Assembly (NCBI RefSeq): GCF_964204645.1
Contig: NC_134029.1
Span: 8,830,850-8,894,849 of the forward strand
DNA length: 64,000 nt
Reading direction: 5' to 3'
Source of the DNA: Tubulanus polymorphus
Taxonomy: Eukaryota > Animalia > Nemertea
Part shown: piece after piece, positions 27,201 to 40,916 of the stretch
Position numbering within the stretch: the stretch's first letter is position 1
Layout of the letters: the number at the start of each line of letters is the position of its first letter
Made by a program: the position numbers and the translations under genes
Notes under the pieces: model-generated
What the model was told of the DNA's origin: nothing
The model's database searches: none
The model's input: only the letters and a program-made list of their open reading frames with translations

Positions 27201-30200
27201 ACGCAGTGCCCCCACGCATACTAGGTATTAATGTATATATGTATTAACGGATTTTTAATTTATGATTCCTCTCTTATCACGATATTGCGACTCTGCATGG
27301 ATAAAGAGACGAAACTTGTTGAGATTACCGTTTAATGGTTCCATTCTGAACGTGTGAGAAAATGCTGACATAATGCTCAACGATCTAATTAGCCAGATAG
27401 TAACTTGATTATGAAATACCATCCTAATGAGCAGATATAATTGATCACGGTTAAGCAAATAAACAAGTATATATTCATTTCTGACCGCTGTTCAACTTCT
27501 CATCTTGCTCACACATAAATATCGACGAATATTGCGGAAGAGCCTGCGTTGCATCTTGTTATCTTTCGATATGTATGGTATACATATAATAAAACCATGT
27601 GTCACGGTACATTAAACCTATCGACAACTGGAAAAGACATTTTACCTACTATATTTCTAATGAGAAAGGTGTGTAAACAAGAAAGTTAACCTGAACATTG
27701 ATTCGCGCCTAGAAAAATTGCACATGTATTGCGTAATATTGTCAACACTTAATAATGTAATAAAGAATTACATAATATCAAGGATCAATGAAGTTTCTTT
27801 TGGATTTGAATATATCGATAATTGATTTGAATTGACCGGCAAACAGTCTAGCCCCGATATATCGATGACGTAGAGTACAGCCTCTCAAGAATAATTATCA
27901 AGATGTATTTGATTACGAAATAACGTAAAAATTCACAATTTTAATTCGTATTTTGAAACGTCAATATCGATGCACATCGACTCAAAGAAAAACCGCTAAG
28001 TGGTGGAACAATTTATGTTAGAGACGTCCCCGTGTAGCGGAACGTAACGTTAACGATCATCTTTTCTTTCGTTCAGTAAACTTTTTCTTGGCATAATTTT
28101 GTCTATATGAAAGCAAATTCTTTTTCGGTGTAAACTGTCTATCGGGGTCATTGCGGATGCAAATCACTGAACTTGTTCCATTAGACATTTGAATCCCATA
28201 TTTACTACTGCGTTTATCATTTACACATTTCTGTCATTGCGGACTAAGAACCAAAATGAAATCCACCAGGGCTACAAGCCAAGCATACACTCCAATAAAT
28301 CAATCAGAATGTTTGTTTAATTTCCTTTTTTATGTTCTTCAGCTAAATATTATGACTATATTCATCATCATGCTCTTGAAATGATTTTGAACTTGAACTT
28401 GAACTTGGGACTTGGCACTGGCGAGGGGCAGAATTACAAGGCGATCAAATGCTCGAAGGGAGATCCGTGTAAAATTACCCGCATGAATAATCAGATAGTA
28501 TCTTTAGATGTTTATGATGCCCTTAAAGAATAGTAGCTGCAACAAATAAGAAGCAAGAAAACAAAAATCTAATCTTATATATTTCATATCATATTAGATA
28601 ATGAAATGAAATGGATCGCCTCCTATCATTCAGTTAACGAACTTTTCCTCGGGTCAACCCGACTTTCGAGGTGAACACAAATCATCACCACATCAAATAC
28701 TGATGTATCGCATAATTCATGAATTACATTCAAGCGTTACAAAACTTTGAAATGCCTTAAAAGGGGGTTTGAAGCGTGGATCGCAGCCTGTTGATCCAGA
28801 AGAGATATATAGGGAGTTTTAAGCCTAGGCACCTAGGAGACGTCATTTTCGTTTTTTGCTTTTCGAAATCAAGTCAAATTTCGGGGCCTTTTTCTTATTT
28901 GATATTTGATGAAATTCTGATATTCCGACCGATGTCAATCCGTTTCATACGACTCCTAGAATTCTCGTAAATTCCGGGAATTCCCCTTAAATTCTGGGAA
29001 TTCCGCCAGATTCCGTGAAATGTTAAATCCGATTCAATATCCGTTTCATTATGGTTATTTTTGTAATCTTATAGTCGCATCGATATAGATATTGGGTGCA
29101 TGTTTCAGGAGATTTCCTCTATACAAACAAAAAGCATATGGTTGATATATTCAAAATGTGTGGGCTGCTACAGTCAACGGTATCGAGACGAAAGCTATAT
29201 CTGCAACAGTTTCAAGGCTACGCGTAAAAAAACGTGTGCTTTCAATGCCACTCTAGATACTGTTAACGTGTATAATTCACCGAGTTGTTTTATTTGATCC
29301 AGAGGTGGCCAAGGATCGAGTGTGTTGAAAGAACCACCTGTATGAAATTTACTAAACCAGTTTTCGTACACGGCATTCGACCAATTAAACGCCGTGAAAA
29401 ATGAGGTGTTCTATTTCTTTTTACGTTATGTGTGGTATTGTTGGGTTCTGCGTATTAGGACCAGTAGGATTTAGAATGCCGACGAATCATCGGCACATTA
29501 ATGCATGAACAGTCGTCTCAAAATCTAAAATTCTAGCTCGAATTCTCGAATATATACGTGATAATATCGGGGGATCGGTTCTAGCTCAGATGTCATGTAA
29601 TAACTACAACTATAACAGCACGATACGTCTTTTTTCGATGAATGCCTACATGTGAGAGTGAGAAAATGAGTACAGGCTAGGCACTGATAAAGACACGGTC
29701 AGTCCGGCACTGATAAAGGTCAAGTACCTTTTACAGACTGTCCAGTGTACTTAAATATGAAATTAATCAACCTAGAATGAATATGAATATTGTTAATTAT
29801 AAAGTTACTTAGTGATTAATTCTATATATATTGAAGTTATTAAAATCAATTACTATTTATTTCATTTATGTGTATCATAATTTATTAACGACCTCAGAAT
29901 TATAAAGTAACTAAGTTATTCTAAATATGTTAAAGTTATTAAATCAATTACGATCTATTTCATTCCTGTGTTTCATAAGTTATTAACCGCCTGAGAATGT
30001 TAAATGAGATTATGTTAGCATTTACACGTATTGAACGGATTTGATAATGTGATAGGTCAAAATGAATCGCCATCAAAATCTGTACCATGAATTGTGGCGG
30101 GGTATCGTACAGACGACGGTTTCCGCTGTGGTCATTCGTGCTGATGGAGACATTTTGGCTAATCTTTCGTTGTGGAACGGGGCAGGGGGTGATTTGCGCA

Positions 30201-30477
30201 GACCATTCTAGTGATTTATAACGCGTCTCAATCACTGCGAATACGGCGAACTAAGATAATCACGTCTTAGCGCCAAAACCCATAATATGTACGTATAGAA
30301 CGGCCAGAGTGTAGAACGGTGGCGTGATGTGATTTAACAAATAACCAACACAGATCAACAGGCGACGAAAACGAAAAGAAAAACGCTTTTTCTGTTCTTG
30401 AAGTGTATTAGGATTGATGTCCATGATTTGTGATTATTCGGAACATTGAGTGGTACCGACAAGAAGTCAACCAGCGA

Positions 30478-30765
30478 ATGGGGTACCCGTACCGTTATTG
30501 TGGCTATCGAGGATTCCGAACGTGCGGAAGCCGAGGACCCACCAGGTGTCGCTAGTAGTTACTCGGTCTTTCGCATCCGATGTCCTCTACATTTCAATAA
30601 TAACTGGATGAATTTTTTTCTTAAATCAGTTATTAATGAAAACTATACCGATATCTGAGTATGAAAATGAATTTATTGTATACTTGGTGGGTGATGTGAT
30701 AATATATGGATTCGGGAGTCTAAAAATCCAGTTTAAAGTTCATTGCAAATGAATTAATTTTGACA
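30478..30765. repeat. Interspersed ~300-bp repeat family; copies at 9280-9338, 40510-40975, 43476-43760 and 51376-51447 (reverse)
   Basis: Shared ctgtggcaatcgaggattcc...ccaggttcgctagtagttactcg...ctacatttcaa...gggagcct.aaaatccagtt blocks. Confidence 0.7.
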
Positions 30766-31769
30766 ACATAATTTACCTTCATTGACTTTAACACTCAATA
30801 CTTCGATAATGTTTTTGGTATGAAAATGCGCGCGCAGGACTAGATCCCATGAGCAAATGGCCCTGAACACGACTCCATAGGATTAAATTGGATGATTGAT
30901 ATAAACCCTTTCACGAATAGACAGTTGGGGACATTTCCCAACAACTTGTGTGCGTATTATACATATTTTATGATATCTACTCCTTGTTCGTATTTTTTTC
31001 ATGTTGTTAGTACATTCGGGGCTCGAGAACTTATGTGGCTGTTGTATATGGTATATTAATTATGAAAAGAAGAAAAAAAAATAAATACGAAAAGACGATT
31101 AGGTGTATTGGCCCATTTAGTACTTCTTTTAGAAATTAGATTAATTTTGATTTTAGTTAAATAATTCTTACGCGCGTCAATTAAAGGATGAATTAGGGGA
31201 TAAGGTAGAGATATTCTAATTTTTCTAACTATCTTTCGAAACACGCTTGTCTTTTGGCATGTCCTCCTTTTTTGGTGGAAAGTATATTAGAGGCGCGCTA
31301 TCATACAGGACGCATCTTGCGAAAATGTTCAGACATGACTACAGTTTATCAGAATGCAGCCGTTTTTTACTGGCAAACCAAAAATATATTTCGGAAAGTC
31401 AATGTCTCAAGATTGTCTACGTATATCTGTACGTATGTTTGTTTCGCTTATTCTATAGATTAAATGTCAATATTTTTGATACATGATGCAGACACCATGA
31501 TGCGCGAGGGAACGGCTAAGTGAATATGCAGTTTAAAAACATCTTCCCCTAAGTCTGCTTCTTAGGGTTAATATTGCATTACGTATATATGATAGGATTT
31601 GCCTCATCAAAGACGTCTTGAGTACGAAATACTCAAATCCTGGAAAATCCTGGAAAACATTATTAATTTCATGTGATGAAATGTCCGTCATTGGTTGTTT
31701 CCCAGTCCTATTTCCAGTTCAAGGACAGCTAAAATCTTTCCGACTAACTGCAGTAGGCATTTTTTTGAG

Positions 31770-31890
31770 AAAACCAAAAGCTTCGAATTCTCGCGCGAGA
31801 AAACCAAAAAACTGGCCAAAGTGAAAATTTTTTTATCGTTGCTCCAGCCATACAGAAAATTTTTTTAGTATGGCCCGAATCAGCCACCAT
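31770..31890. repeat. Interspersed repeat shared with 38005-38176
   Basis: tctcgcgcgagaaaac.aaaaa...acagaaaat.ttt.agtatggcccgaatc..ccacc occurs in both places. Confidence 0.6.
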
Positions 31891-33512
31891 ACATTTTAAC
31901 TCGCCCACCTTCATTGAAGTAGCGTTGGTTGCTGAAAACTATCTTTTGAAATTCACTCGCCGTCGTAGGCCTGTACTAGACAGAGTGGAATGTTATCTTA
32001 CAGGAAAATGGCTATTCATTATTTTAAAAGGATTTGTATTACGCGTGGGAAATGACGACTTAATTATTAACTGAGAAATCTCGGTAAAATGCCACATGCC
32101 GACGCGTGTCGTAGGATTCGTCGTCGTGTTTCATACGACTGTCGCGTATAAAATGTTATCATCCATACGCATAAAACCTACCACGGTTTCAGGATTCGTT
32201 ATGGTATAGTTCGTTTTTTTGAACAGTCCATTAAGCTACTTCAGAATGTATTTTTTTCGAATCGTATTAGCTTCCTCGCCGTCGTGTATATCAACTTGAA
32301 TCACGTATTGGGTAATTCAGTTTATCATGCTATGCGACACTCATCAGTTATGCAATCAGTGGCGAATAAAAACCGATGTAAATTGCGTATATGTCAAAAG
32401 TTGGAATGATAATTTACTACTGTAATGACTTATGGTATCGCGACTTCCTCGGGAGCAGGCGCAGGGTAACCCTGTTAGCGCTAACCATGGTTAGTAAACT
32501 GTGGTTAGGCGCAGGCTTGGGCGTAGGAATATGCTGTCATAGCTAACCACAGTTTGTGTGGCCTCTCATCTTGAGCTGGTTAGCCTAAGTGTAATGTTAC
32601 ACTTCCCTGGCCTAACCGTGGATAAGCCACTAACATTTTAGGTTTTAACTTATTAGGCTAAAGTTTAAACTAAATTAGGCTTTTAATAAATAGGCTTGGT
32701 CTAATTATAAATCTTCTAACTAATTACGTTTTGCTGATTGTTAATAGGCTATATATATACTTTAGAATAGTGAAGTTTCCAGTTTCTAGGTGCCATTTTG
32801 TGGCGGTCCCTCGAGGGCCCATCTTTTTGAGACAAAAGTTTCGATTGAATAATGACAATATGACGTTAAGAAACTCGATTCGCGATAACATATACGGTAC
32901 ACATTTTTGAATGATCAGTAATTGAATGTAGGGCTCGAATCCCAATTAGGTGTCGTCAACCGATTATATTGACAATGAAGGAGTTATGTACTATCGACCT
33001 TGTTATTCTATTTGGAGATTTGTCAGCAATACTTGCGAATCAAAACTAACTGTCACAACTTACAGATAGCGAAGACGTTTTGCAGATGAGGTGATCAGAC
33101 TGGCTTGTTGTGCGTGGGACGGTGTGTCGGCGGCGGTATTGAGCACGAACCGAGTCAATCGCAATCGGGGATTATTCGAAACGAAGATAACGCGAATATT
33201 TCCTCCAGCGCATCACGCGAAACAACTCTTAACAAGCAGGGACTGTATTGGTCGGGATGGTTGTTCAGGAAATCGAAGCTGTCTCGGCAAAATCAGCGAA
33301 TATCGAAATTTAGAAAAAATAGTTTTGCTTTTTGCCGAAGCCCGACTGAACGTTGCAGACAACATTATCGCATCCACTGAGTATGCGAAGTATTCGCACT
33401 TCGTTTCCGACCTCCGGCGGTGCATTTGTGAAATTTGCTCGATTACAAAAATGCGTAAAGCATTTCATTAATCGGTAATGGTCGACTGGCTGATTGTGCG
33501 CGGCGCGATGAA

Positions 33513-33624
33513 ATGAAGATAGATCCATGTGAAATAAAAGAAAAGGAGCCGCTAATGTGGTATCGATGGTTGTTAATACAAGGGGATGTGCGAAGAGGAC
33601 ATCGAGCGGTACCAATGAGCCATT
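33513..33624 (+). CDS. Candidate first coding exon of the receptor gene (tentative)
   Basis: Lies in a CG-rich stretch and ends at a strong GTAAGT donor (33625). In-frame ATGs at 33513, 33555 and 33615. Its phase-1 end fits the 45101 candidate exon. No homology support. Confidence 0.25.
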
Positions 33625-34841
33625 GTAAGTTCTGAAAGAACCACTTGCTACTGTTAATCACCGGGATCGTTTACAGCTCTTCTCCGTTCCGAGCGCAACG
33701 TGCGAAAAACGACAGTTTTCGCGCGCATTCCTTTTGTAGACTGAAACACTTGTATGCGCAGAACAACGGCGAGATGAACGTCGGTATTTATCATTAAAGG
33801 GGTCGGTACACCGACAAAACAGATAGCTTTAAGGTTGTCGAACACGCACAAACTCCAATCAGCTTAGGTTTTTCGGGTTCTGTTTTCAAGCGATCGATGC
33901 AACTGCATCCGAACGATCGACGGAGATTAAGGGTGACGAAATGTGTGTGACGTTGGTTCGTTTGAAAATGCGAGCGACGGGCGGAGGAGAGATACGTTTT
34001 AAGTGAGTGGGAACCGAGCATGTGCCGGCGCTCATTTCCGCGGTAAAACACTTACGTTTAAGAGACATTCGTCAATACTAATACGGTAAAGTTTATCAAT
34101 CGGTTTACGTTATATGTGTGCCAATCCGTTTATACTATACCTTCCGTTCGCAGCCGCTGGCAATTAACCTCCCGTTAAACATTTATTCTGAACGCATGTG
34201 AAGAACGCGTCTAGGCGTTGCGGTTGTTGCGAATTTCTCCAAATTTACCCGCTACGATACGTCTGTGTAATTGTACACGCTCGATTATGTAAACCCGCAA
34301 ATACCAATCACTTTGATACATACAAAGTATTTATATGTACGGATATCACGTGCATTGCCTCGCAACTTTCGCAAATGTACGTTTCAAAGCATTGTTTAAT
34401 GTTTAGGCTTATTCCTGGTTACGAAGACACAAATATGTAAATACCCGAGTTATATAGAATGCTCTGCATAACAGAATTAGGATTAGTTTATTTGCTCAAC
34501 AAAATATATTTGCTTAGGAAGTACAGAAAACAATGTATGGATAAATATTGAATGTGTGTAGCATGCCGTATAAATTGTAATATAAGTCAGGCGCGATTTA
34601 ACTAAAACAATAGTTCGATTAAATTTTTTATAAAACAGGCCAGTTCTTTTTTGGGTTTTTTCATTACAATTAACGAGGATATACCCAATTTACTAATCGC
34701 AGGCGAGATGCATAAAAATAGATTCCTGTATATACGCGCCTTGGCTTTTCCAAATATGGGCATACAAGTATATATATAAAGTGTATATCTCATCTCCGAT
34801 TACGTTATGATTGCGTTTAATACGTCTCAGTCGTTGATCTT

Positions 34842-34955
34842 CAGGGTCCAGTTCCACAGTTCCGAGTTAAGATTTAACTCCGAGTTAACTCATTGAAAAT
34901 GAACTAGCTTTAACTCAGAGTTAACTCTAACTCACAACTGTGGAACTGGGTCCTG
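34842..34955. mobile_element. Copy of the GAGTTAACTC palindromic MITE
   Basis: cagggtccagttccacag...ctgtggaactgggtcctg; reverse-oriented relative to 10739-10852. Confidence 0.8.
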
Positions 34956-37900
34956 GTGTATGGAGGTATCTCCTTGATTCCGCTGGCAATAATTTCATTG
35001 TTACAGCAACACTATCTGCTCATTAGATCCATGGGTAACCGCTGAAGATAATTTTCAAATTCAAATTGGATACACATGTATATAAGTAGATGCTGCACAT
35101 AAGAACGCAGGGCTGACATCCGATTTTGTACTGATCTCGCATTTGATACTTTAGAGCCCGGGCGAAGGCTGGGTTTTCAAATATGCGATTATACCACTAA
35201 TGCCCAAAACAGTTTGTTTCGAATAAGGTTTAAACAAAATCATTTATGACACACGAAAACCGCTTGCACGATACCTACTCTCAATTTATATGAATTTGTG
35301 TAGCCAATTTATTATAATTCAACGATATTATTGGCCAGTAACCAACCATACTTGAGGCTACCGTGATATAAAGAGGACACCTGCCTGTTACTCCGTGGGC
35401 GAAAGAATTAGCAGCGTGTAAGTTAGGTGGTATATCATTGGTGTATATAATACGGTCGTGTTTCTTTATCTATGCTATATTAAGAATAAACTTCTGTGTC
35501 GGAATTGATTTTTCATCAATTCTTTATTTGAATTTCGTCAGATCGATATCGGTTGATGGGCATAGATAATGCACCATCTTGTTCGCTGTAGTGACTTTGA
35601 AATGAAAGGAAAATGCAGCATACATTTCACCTTTGAAATCCGGTTTCAGATATGCAATGTCACAATATAGCAAAAACGGACTAGGCGAATACATGTATGA
35701 CGATTCAGGGAAATTCATTTGTCTGAAAAAGAAAAAAACTTCGACCAAAATATCACGCGTATCACAAAACAATTACTGAGCTTCAGCCATCCAGCCAATC
35801 GCATATATTGCACTCAAATCACGTTACACGGATAGCATGAAAAAAGAAATGGCCGAACAGTCCATTTCTCGATATGACGAGGAGAAGCCAACAATAAGCC
35901 GAAAATCAAATAAACCGCACCGCTAACGTCATATCTTCGCCAATTCTGATGAATGAGTTACTGAATTACTTGTAAATCGAGTTTGGCCGGTTCGTATATT
36001 CCACTTCCGTTGCCGCAACGTGGGAAATCGGATTTTTCGCATTTTTATTTTCGTCTGTTGCCACAGGTCTCAGAATGTCAGAATGATGCCAGTAATTTTC
36101 GACTCGTATTCCACCGACGCTATTCTATACGCATACGGGGCGCTTCGTGGGCTAATGCGTAACTTTTCTCGTAAAAGCTGATCTATATGACAGTAACCGA
36201 GACGCTAACCGATATCCAGCCGCCACTCCTAGGCGACTCGTTCTCTGGCTGGCAACTGTTAGTCTCTCGACGGAATGTAAAGCTCGGAGATTCGTTAAAA
36301 ATCAGCACGAAGACGTTCACGCGCAATAATCGGAATAACACCTGACCGATGATCTCTAGTGAGAGTTTTCAACGCCGTGTATTTTCATTTAGATTCTTGA
36401 TGAATAAAATTCGATAATCTTTTATAAGATTCTGTATGAAGTGGGGTTTAAAGTTATTATCTGGTCTCCACGTCAGAGTGTGGCTATTCTACCGTCAATA
36501 AGAGAATTTATAGATTATTGTTTGTCCTAGCTATGCGTGGTTGTTTGAATACTGCGACACTACGCCCATCACGAGGCAAAAGTCATAATTATCAAACAAT
36601 CAGACTACAAATATAACATGGAATTCAAATTAACGACATTAATCACCGTCACGTCTGGTAACAACGGTAGTATCGCCAGTTACGACATATTTTAGCGTAA
36701 TTGTCGCTTACAATTTGCGTAAACGTAAATTACAGAGCACTTACGTGCTGTTGAAGTGTCTCGTGTTTTTTAAGTTTGGCAAATAACCAGTTACGTTAAT
36801 GGAAAGAGGTTGTCATAATCGGCATAGATTTGAGAAAAAGGTTCTATACACATTCTTCGAATGACACGCGAATTCAAGCTTAGATTGTATTACGGACGTC
36901 AACGACAGATTGAAACATTGTACATTAGATTAGAGGCGATTTCAGGAAAATTAGAAGACCGGGGTCCAGAAATAAAGGAAAGGCATTAATCGGATAAAGC
37001 AGCCATGTCCAAGGCCACAAGCTCGGGCCCCCCTCGATGTTTAGATGTCTTTGAAGAAATAAGTACATCTTAAAAGATGAAAATTCCTAGGATGAGTAAC
37101 AAGTTTGCAGGTTTTAACTATTCTGCCTTGACGAATAAGGCAACCTCAATGGGAAGGTAGGAGTTCAGACCCCGTTTCCATCGGCTGATCATCGGAACGT
37201 TTTTTAGATTTTCTGCGCAAAAATCTGTTTGTAATTTTTATCAAATAGCATTTAGATTTTCTGGCAAAGGTTTTTTATCTCGAAATTACATATCGATAAC
37301 ATTGACACCATCTCGCAAGTCGTTCCATAGCACAATACGCTGGCTATATTTCTAACGAACATAAATCTCTGTATCTCAATGAGCTTCGAATTGTTTCCCG
37401 AATAAGTCGCCTTTTAACAAAACATATGATTTTCAGTATAGATAAAGAAAAAACAGCATTCATTTCTTATTTGGTGTTTTATGCCAGTTTAAGCAAACGC
37501 ACGCGGACGCGTGGCGCAGAGACTGATACGATTAGTTTTAAACGATCGCTTATCGCGCGGAGACTAATAGGCCATAAATTGGTTCTTAAACACCCAGCGC
37601 AGCTTGATTGATTTTATGTGTAATACATGATCTAACAGAGTTGCGCATTTTGTAATTTCCATATGATTTACTTCTTTGCAATGTACGCATGTCGTCTGCC
37701 TATTAAATCGGCTAACAATTTCAAGCGCGTGGGCCCGTTTCACAGAAATATCTAAAGCCTGGCTAACCATATCGACCTGCGACGCGACGCCTACCGACGC
37801 AACCTGAGAGCAACTGCGATCGCAGCCCAGCTCATGTCGACTGCGCTCCGATGTCCAGCAACTGCACCCAACTAGCGTGATGAGATTGTAATTGATATTT

Positions 37901-39924
37901 TGGAACGCCAATATTGATGACGTAGCACACACCCTTAACGCTTCCTAGTTATCAACGTATGTAAACAATACGGTAACGGTCAATACGGCGTCAAAAAACG
38001 TTTACTATTCTCGCGAGTTTAAACAATTTTTAAAAGGTTTTTTCTTTCTCGCGCGAGAATTCAGAAAGTTCTGATTTCTCACGCGAGAAAACAAAAAATT
38101 TGACCCTATACAAAAAGTTTTCATATTGCGTCTAGTCGAACAGAAAATCTTTCAGTATGGCCCGAATCGACCACCTTGTTTCTCAAATAATTCCATCTCT
38201 TGAAATCATTGGCGATTTTTCGTTTGTTAAGTAAAGTTTGAGTTGCGTACGCCTGACCGTTTGTCTATGCGGACGCGTCAAGAGACCGTTTTGATAAAAT
38301 CACTTAATTAATCGATAACTCGGTATTACACGCGCGCGCGCTGTCCATCACCTACGTTACTTGACCTAATATATCAAACGACCAGGATAACGACTAAATG
38401 TAATATTTGCGTAAATTTGTGCCGGTCAATCGAGTACTTAGAGCGTATAATAGATCGGGAATATATGGAACGGAGTGTAATAGAATATCCGATCCGTTGA
38501 ATCACTTGCAGCTGTGACTGCCCGATCCTGAATCGGCGCGATTAATTCAACCTTGTCTAATCTTCGGGCATCGATTCGCGTCTTCACGGCTTGTTGTATG
38601 AATAACGGTATAGTCGGGATCCAGGCGTTTACTGAGGTGGAATGAGAATTCGGATTAACAACTACCGCGACATGAGCATTTAGCAAATACGCGTGTTTAA
38701 AATGTATGATATGTGTGTGTATTTAACTGCTCGACGCAAACACATCGAAGGACAGATATCGTCACCTGTCGCGCCGATAGTTTATCCGTTGCTTCTTGAA
38801 TATCATTCGAATCTGAACAGTTTAAGTGTCATTTGGGAAGTTAGAGAAATGGGAAATATTCGTATATTCATTCCCGTCCGTTAAAACATAACATTTTATG
38901 TAAAGATATGTGTCCGATTTTAAGGAAAATGTCCGATACAGATAGAACATGTTCGAGGCGATCTAAACCATCGTATGCAATCGGGGTTCGAACCCCTACC
39001 GCGGGAGAGGATGTAGCTAGAATATATGTAGTGTTTAGTCACCGGAGACAAAATTCAGACAGTAGCGCCGCAGGCACGTGTTACCGTCGCGAAAATCTTG
39101 TGCCCTTTTTTCAGGCACACTTTTACAAGACGATGTAGATGATTTTAAACAAAGAGTACACAATTATTCAAGATTTCGTCTATATTGGTTGGAAATTAGA
39201 CATCAATGCAGTTAATTGGGTAGAGAGCACGTTGCGCCAGGACTTTAATTCCTTGGAAATTGCAAAAAGCAGATTTTCAAAATTTCAGAATGCCTTTTTA
39301 TTTCAAAATGCCCATTTTATATGTTGCGCTACCCTCGACAGTGTCCCTGGATCCTCCCCTGAGAGAAGCTGGTGAACAGCCACGTGGATCTAGAAACAAC
39401 TAGGATCTGTCACGAAAATCATTCTTGTGTTTGTTGAAGAGTAGGGATTAGAGACATAGCTTTTCCATGGACCGGTCCCCCAGATTGAAGTTGCCCATCG
39501 CATACCTGCGAGAACGCCTCAAAATGGCGCCTGCTAACTGGAAACTTCCATATACACAAGATTCCTACGTACTATTTCTTCAATAATTGACCGAATGACC
39601 GCTTATTTGATTTCTCACTGGTCCAGACAGTGACGTCCATTCGAATCCCCGATGCGTTATGTTGCTGTCTTCGCGAACTAGTAGACACACAAACACTGAT
39701 TAGTCGGAGCAATTGATTCAATCGCAATTAGTTCCAATTAAGATGCGAACGTGATATCATCCATATCGATCATTTAACCGAAGGCCAATAATCGCATCTC
39801 GTATGACTCTGCGTTCCCTTATGTCATGTTGAATATGAAGTGTGTCATTTACCGTACGTTAATTACATATATGGAGACGTGCCTTTTTTGAGTCGAGAGG
39901 AAAACACACTATCCGTGTGAGATG

Positions 39925-39965
39925 AAGCCTGATGATGGCTAATAGTCTTTAGCCGAAACGTTGCG
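39925..39965 (+). ncRNA. Minimal type-I hammerhead ribozyme motif (Penelope-like-element type)
   Basis: CTGATGA T GGCTAA tagtct TTAGCC GAAA CG TT: intact core, 6-bp helix II and palindromic ACGT helix III. Helix I is weak (2 bp). Confidence 0.6.
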
Positions 39966-40731
39966 CAAATATGTACTCTTCTATTCAGGTTTCTCGTTTT
40001 GGCTGTATTTATTGTGGGATTTCTCGCGTGCCTTTCTTTCGTAAACGATATTCGAACCGAATAGGTAACAGAAGGCTCGATTCGTGATCGTTATTTCTAT
40101 TTCTCATTAACCTCAGGGCTGTAGCAAAATGATTAGAACACTAAACAATTTGGATTCCTTGGTGGTCAAATGTAAACTATTGTATATATTATGTAACAGT
40201 ATCTGAAATTAAGGATGAACGTAGCCTATACGGTCTATTTGGGATCCGAAGAAATAAACTGAACTACATGTTCATACATTTCGCGATTTTACTATTCACT
40301 TATAGAATATCCCAGTTGCACTGAGGAATTTCACTATGTAGTGTCTATTACTCCTCAGTCAGATGCATCTTGAAACCTTTTTTGGCGAAGTTTCTTTGTG
40401 GTGCTGCCGTCGTTTGAGAGAGCGAATTCTCGGTGTGTCGTTTGTTTGTTGCATCGGTCAACCCAGCTATGGCCGAGCGACCGGCTCTGTGGCGCAGTTC
40501 GTGCGGCCAATGGGAGCTACCAGGGCGACTGTGGCAATCGAAGATTCCACTTATGGCAAGTGGCGATTCGCCAGGTTCGCTAGTAGTTACTCGATCTTCT
40601 GCGTTCAATTCTTTCTACATTTCAGTTGAAATTGAAGGATTTTTTTCCTCTTAAGTCAATAAATCATTAATGACAACCACACCAATCGCAGAAAAGAAAA
40701 AAGAATTAAATTTGGTGGGTCCTGTGATAAT

Positions 40732-40916
40732 AAAGAAGTTTCCAGTTTCTAGGCGCCATTTTGTGGCGGTCCCTCGAGGTCCCCATTGTTGCGATAATTT
40801 GCGCTCATTTTTAAAACATAAGTTTAGATTGAATATCATATAGTTCTGCAGTCCCTTGCTCGACGAAATTAATTTATACACCATTTGAAAGGAAATGAAA
40901 TGCAGATATTTTCTTT
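40732..40916. mobile_element. MITE nested inside another repeat; relatives at 32765-32822, 44784-44950 (reverse) and 62908-63012
   Basis: Shared core aagtttccagtttctaggcgccattttgtggcggtccctcgagg. Flanks aAT[AAAGAA...TTCTTT]ATt. It interrupts a repeat that is contiguous at 30478-30765. Confidence 0.7.
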
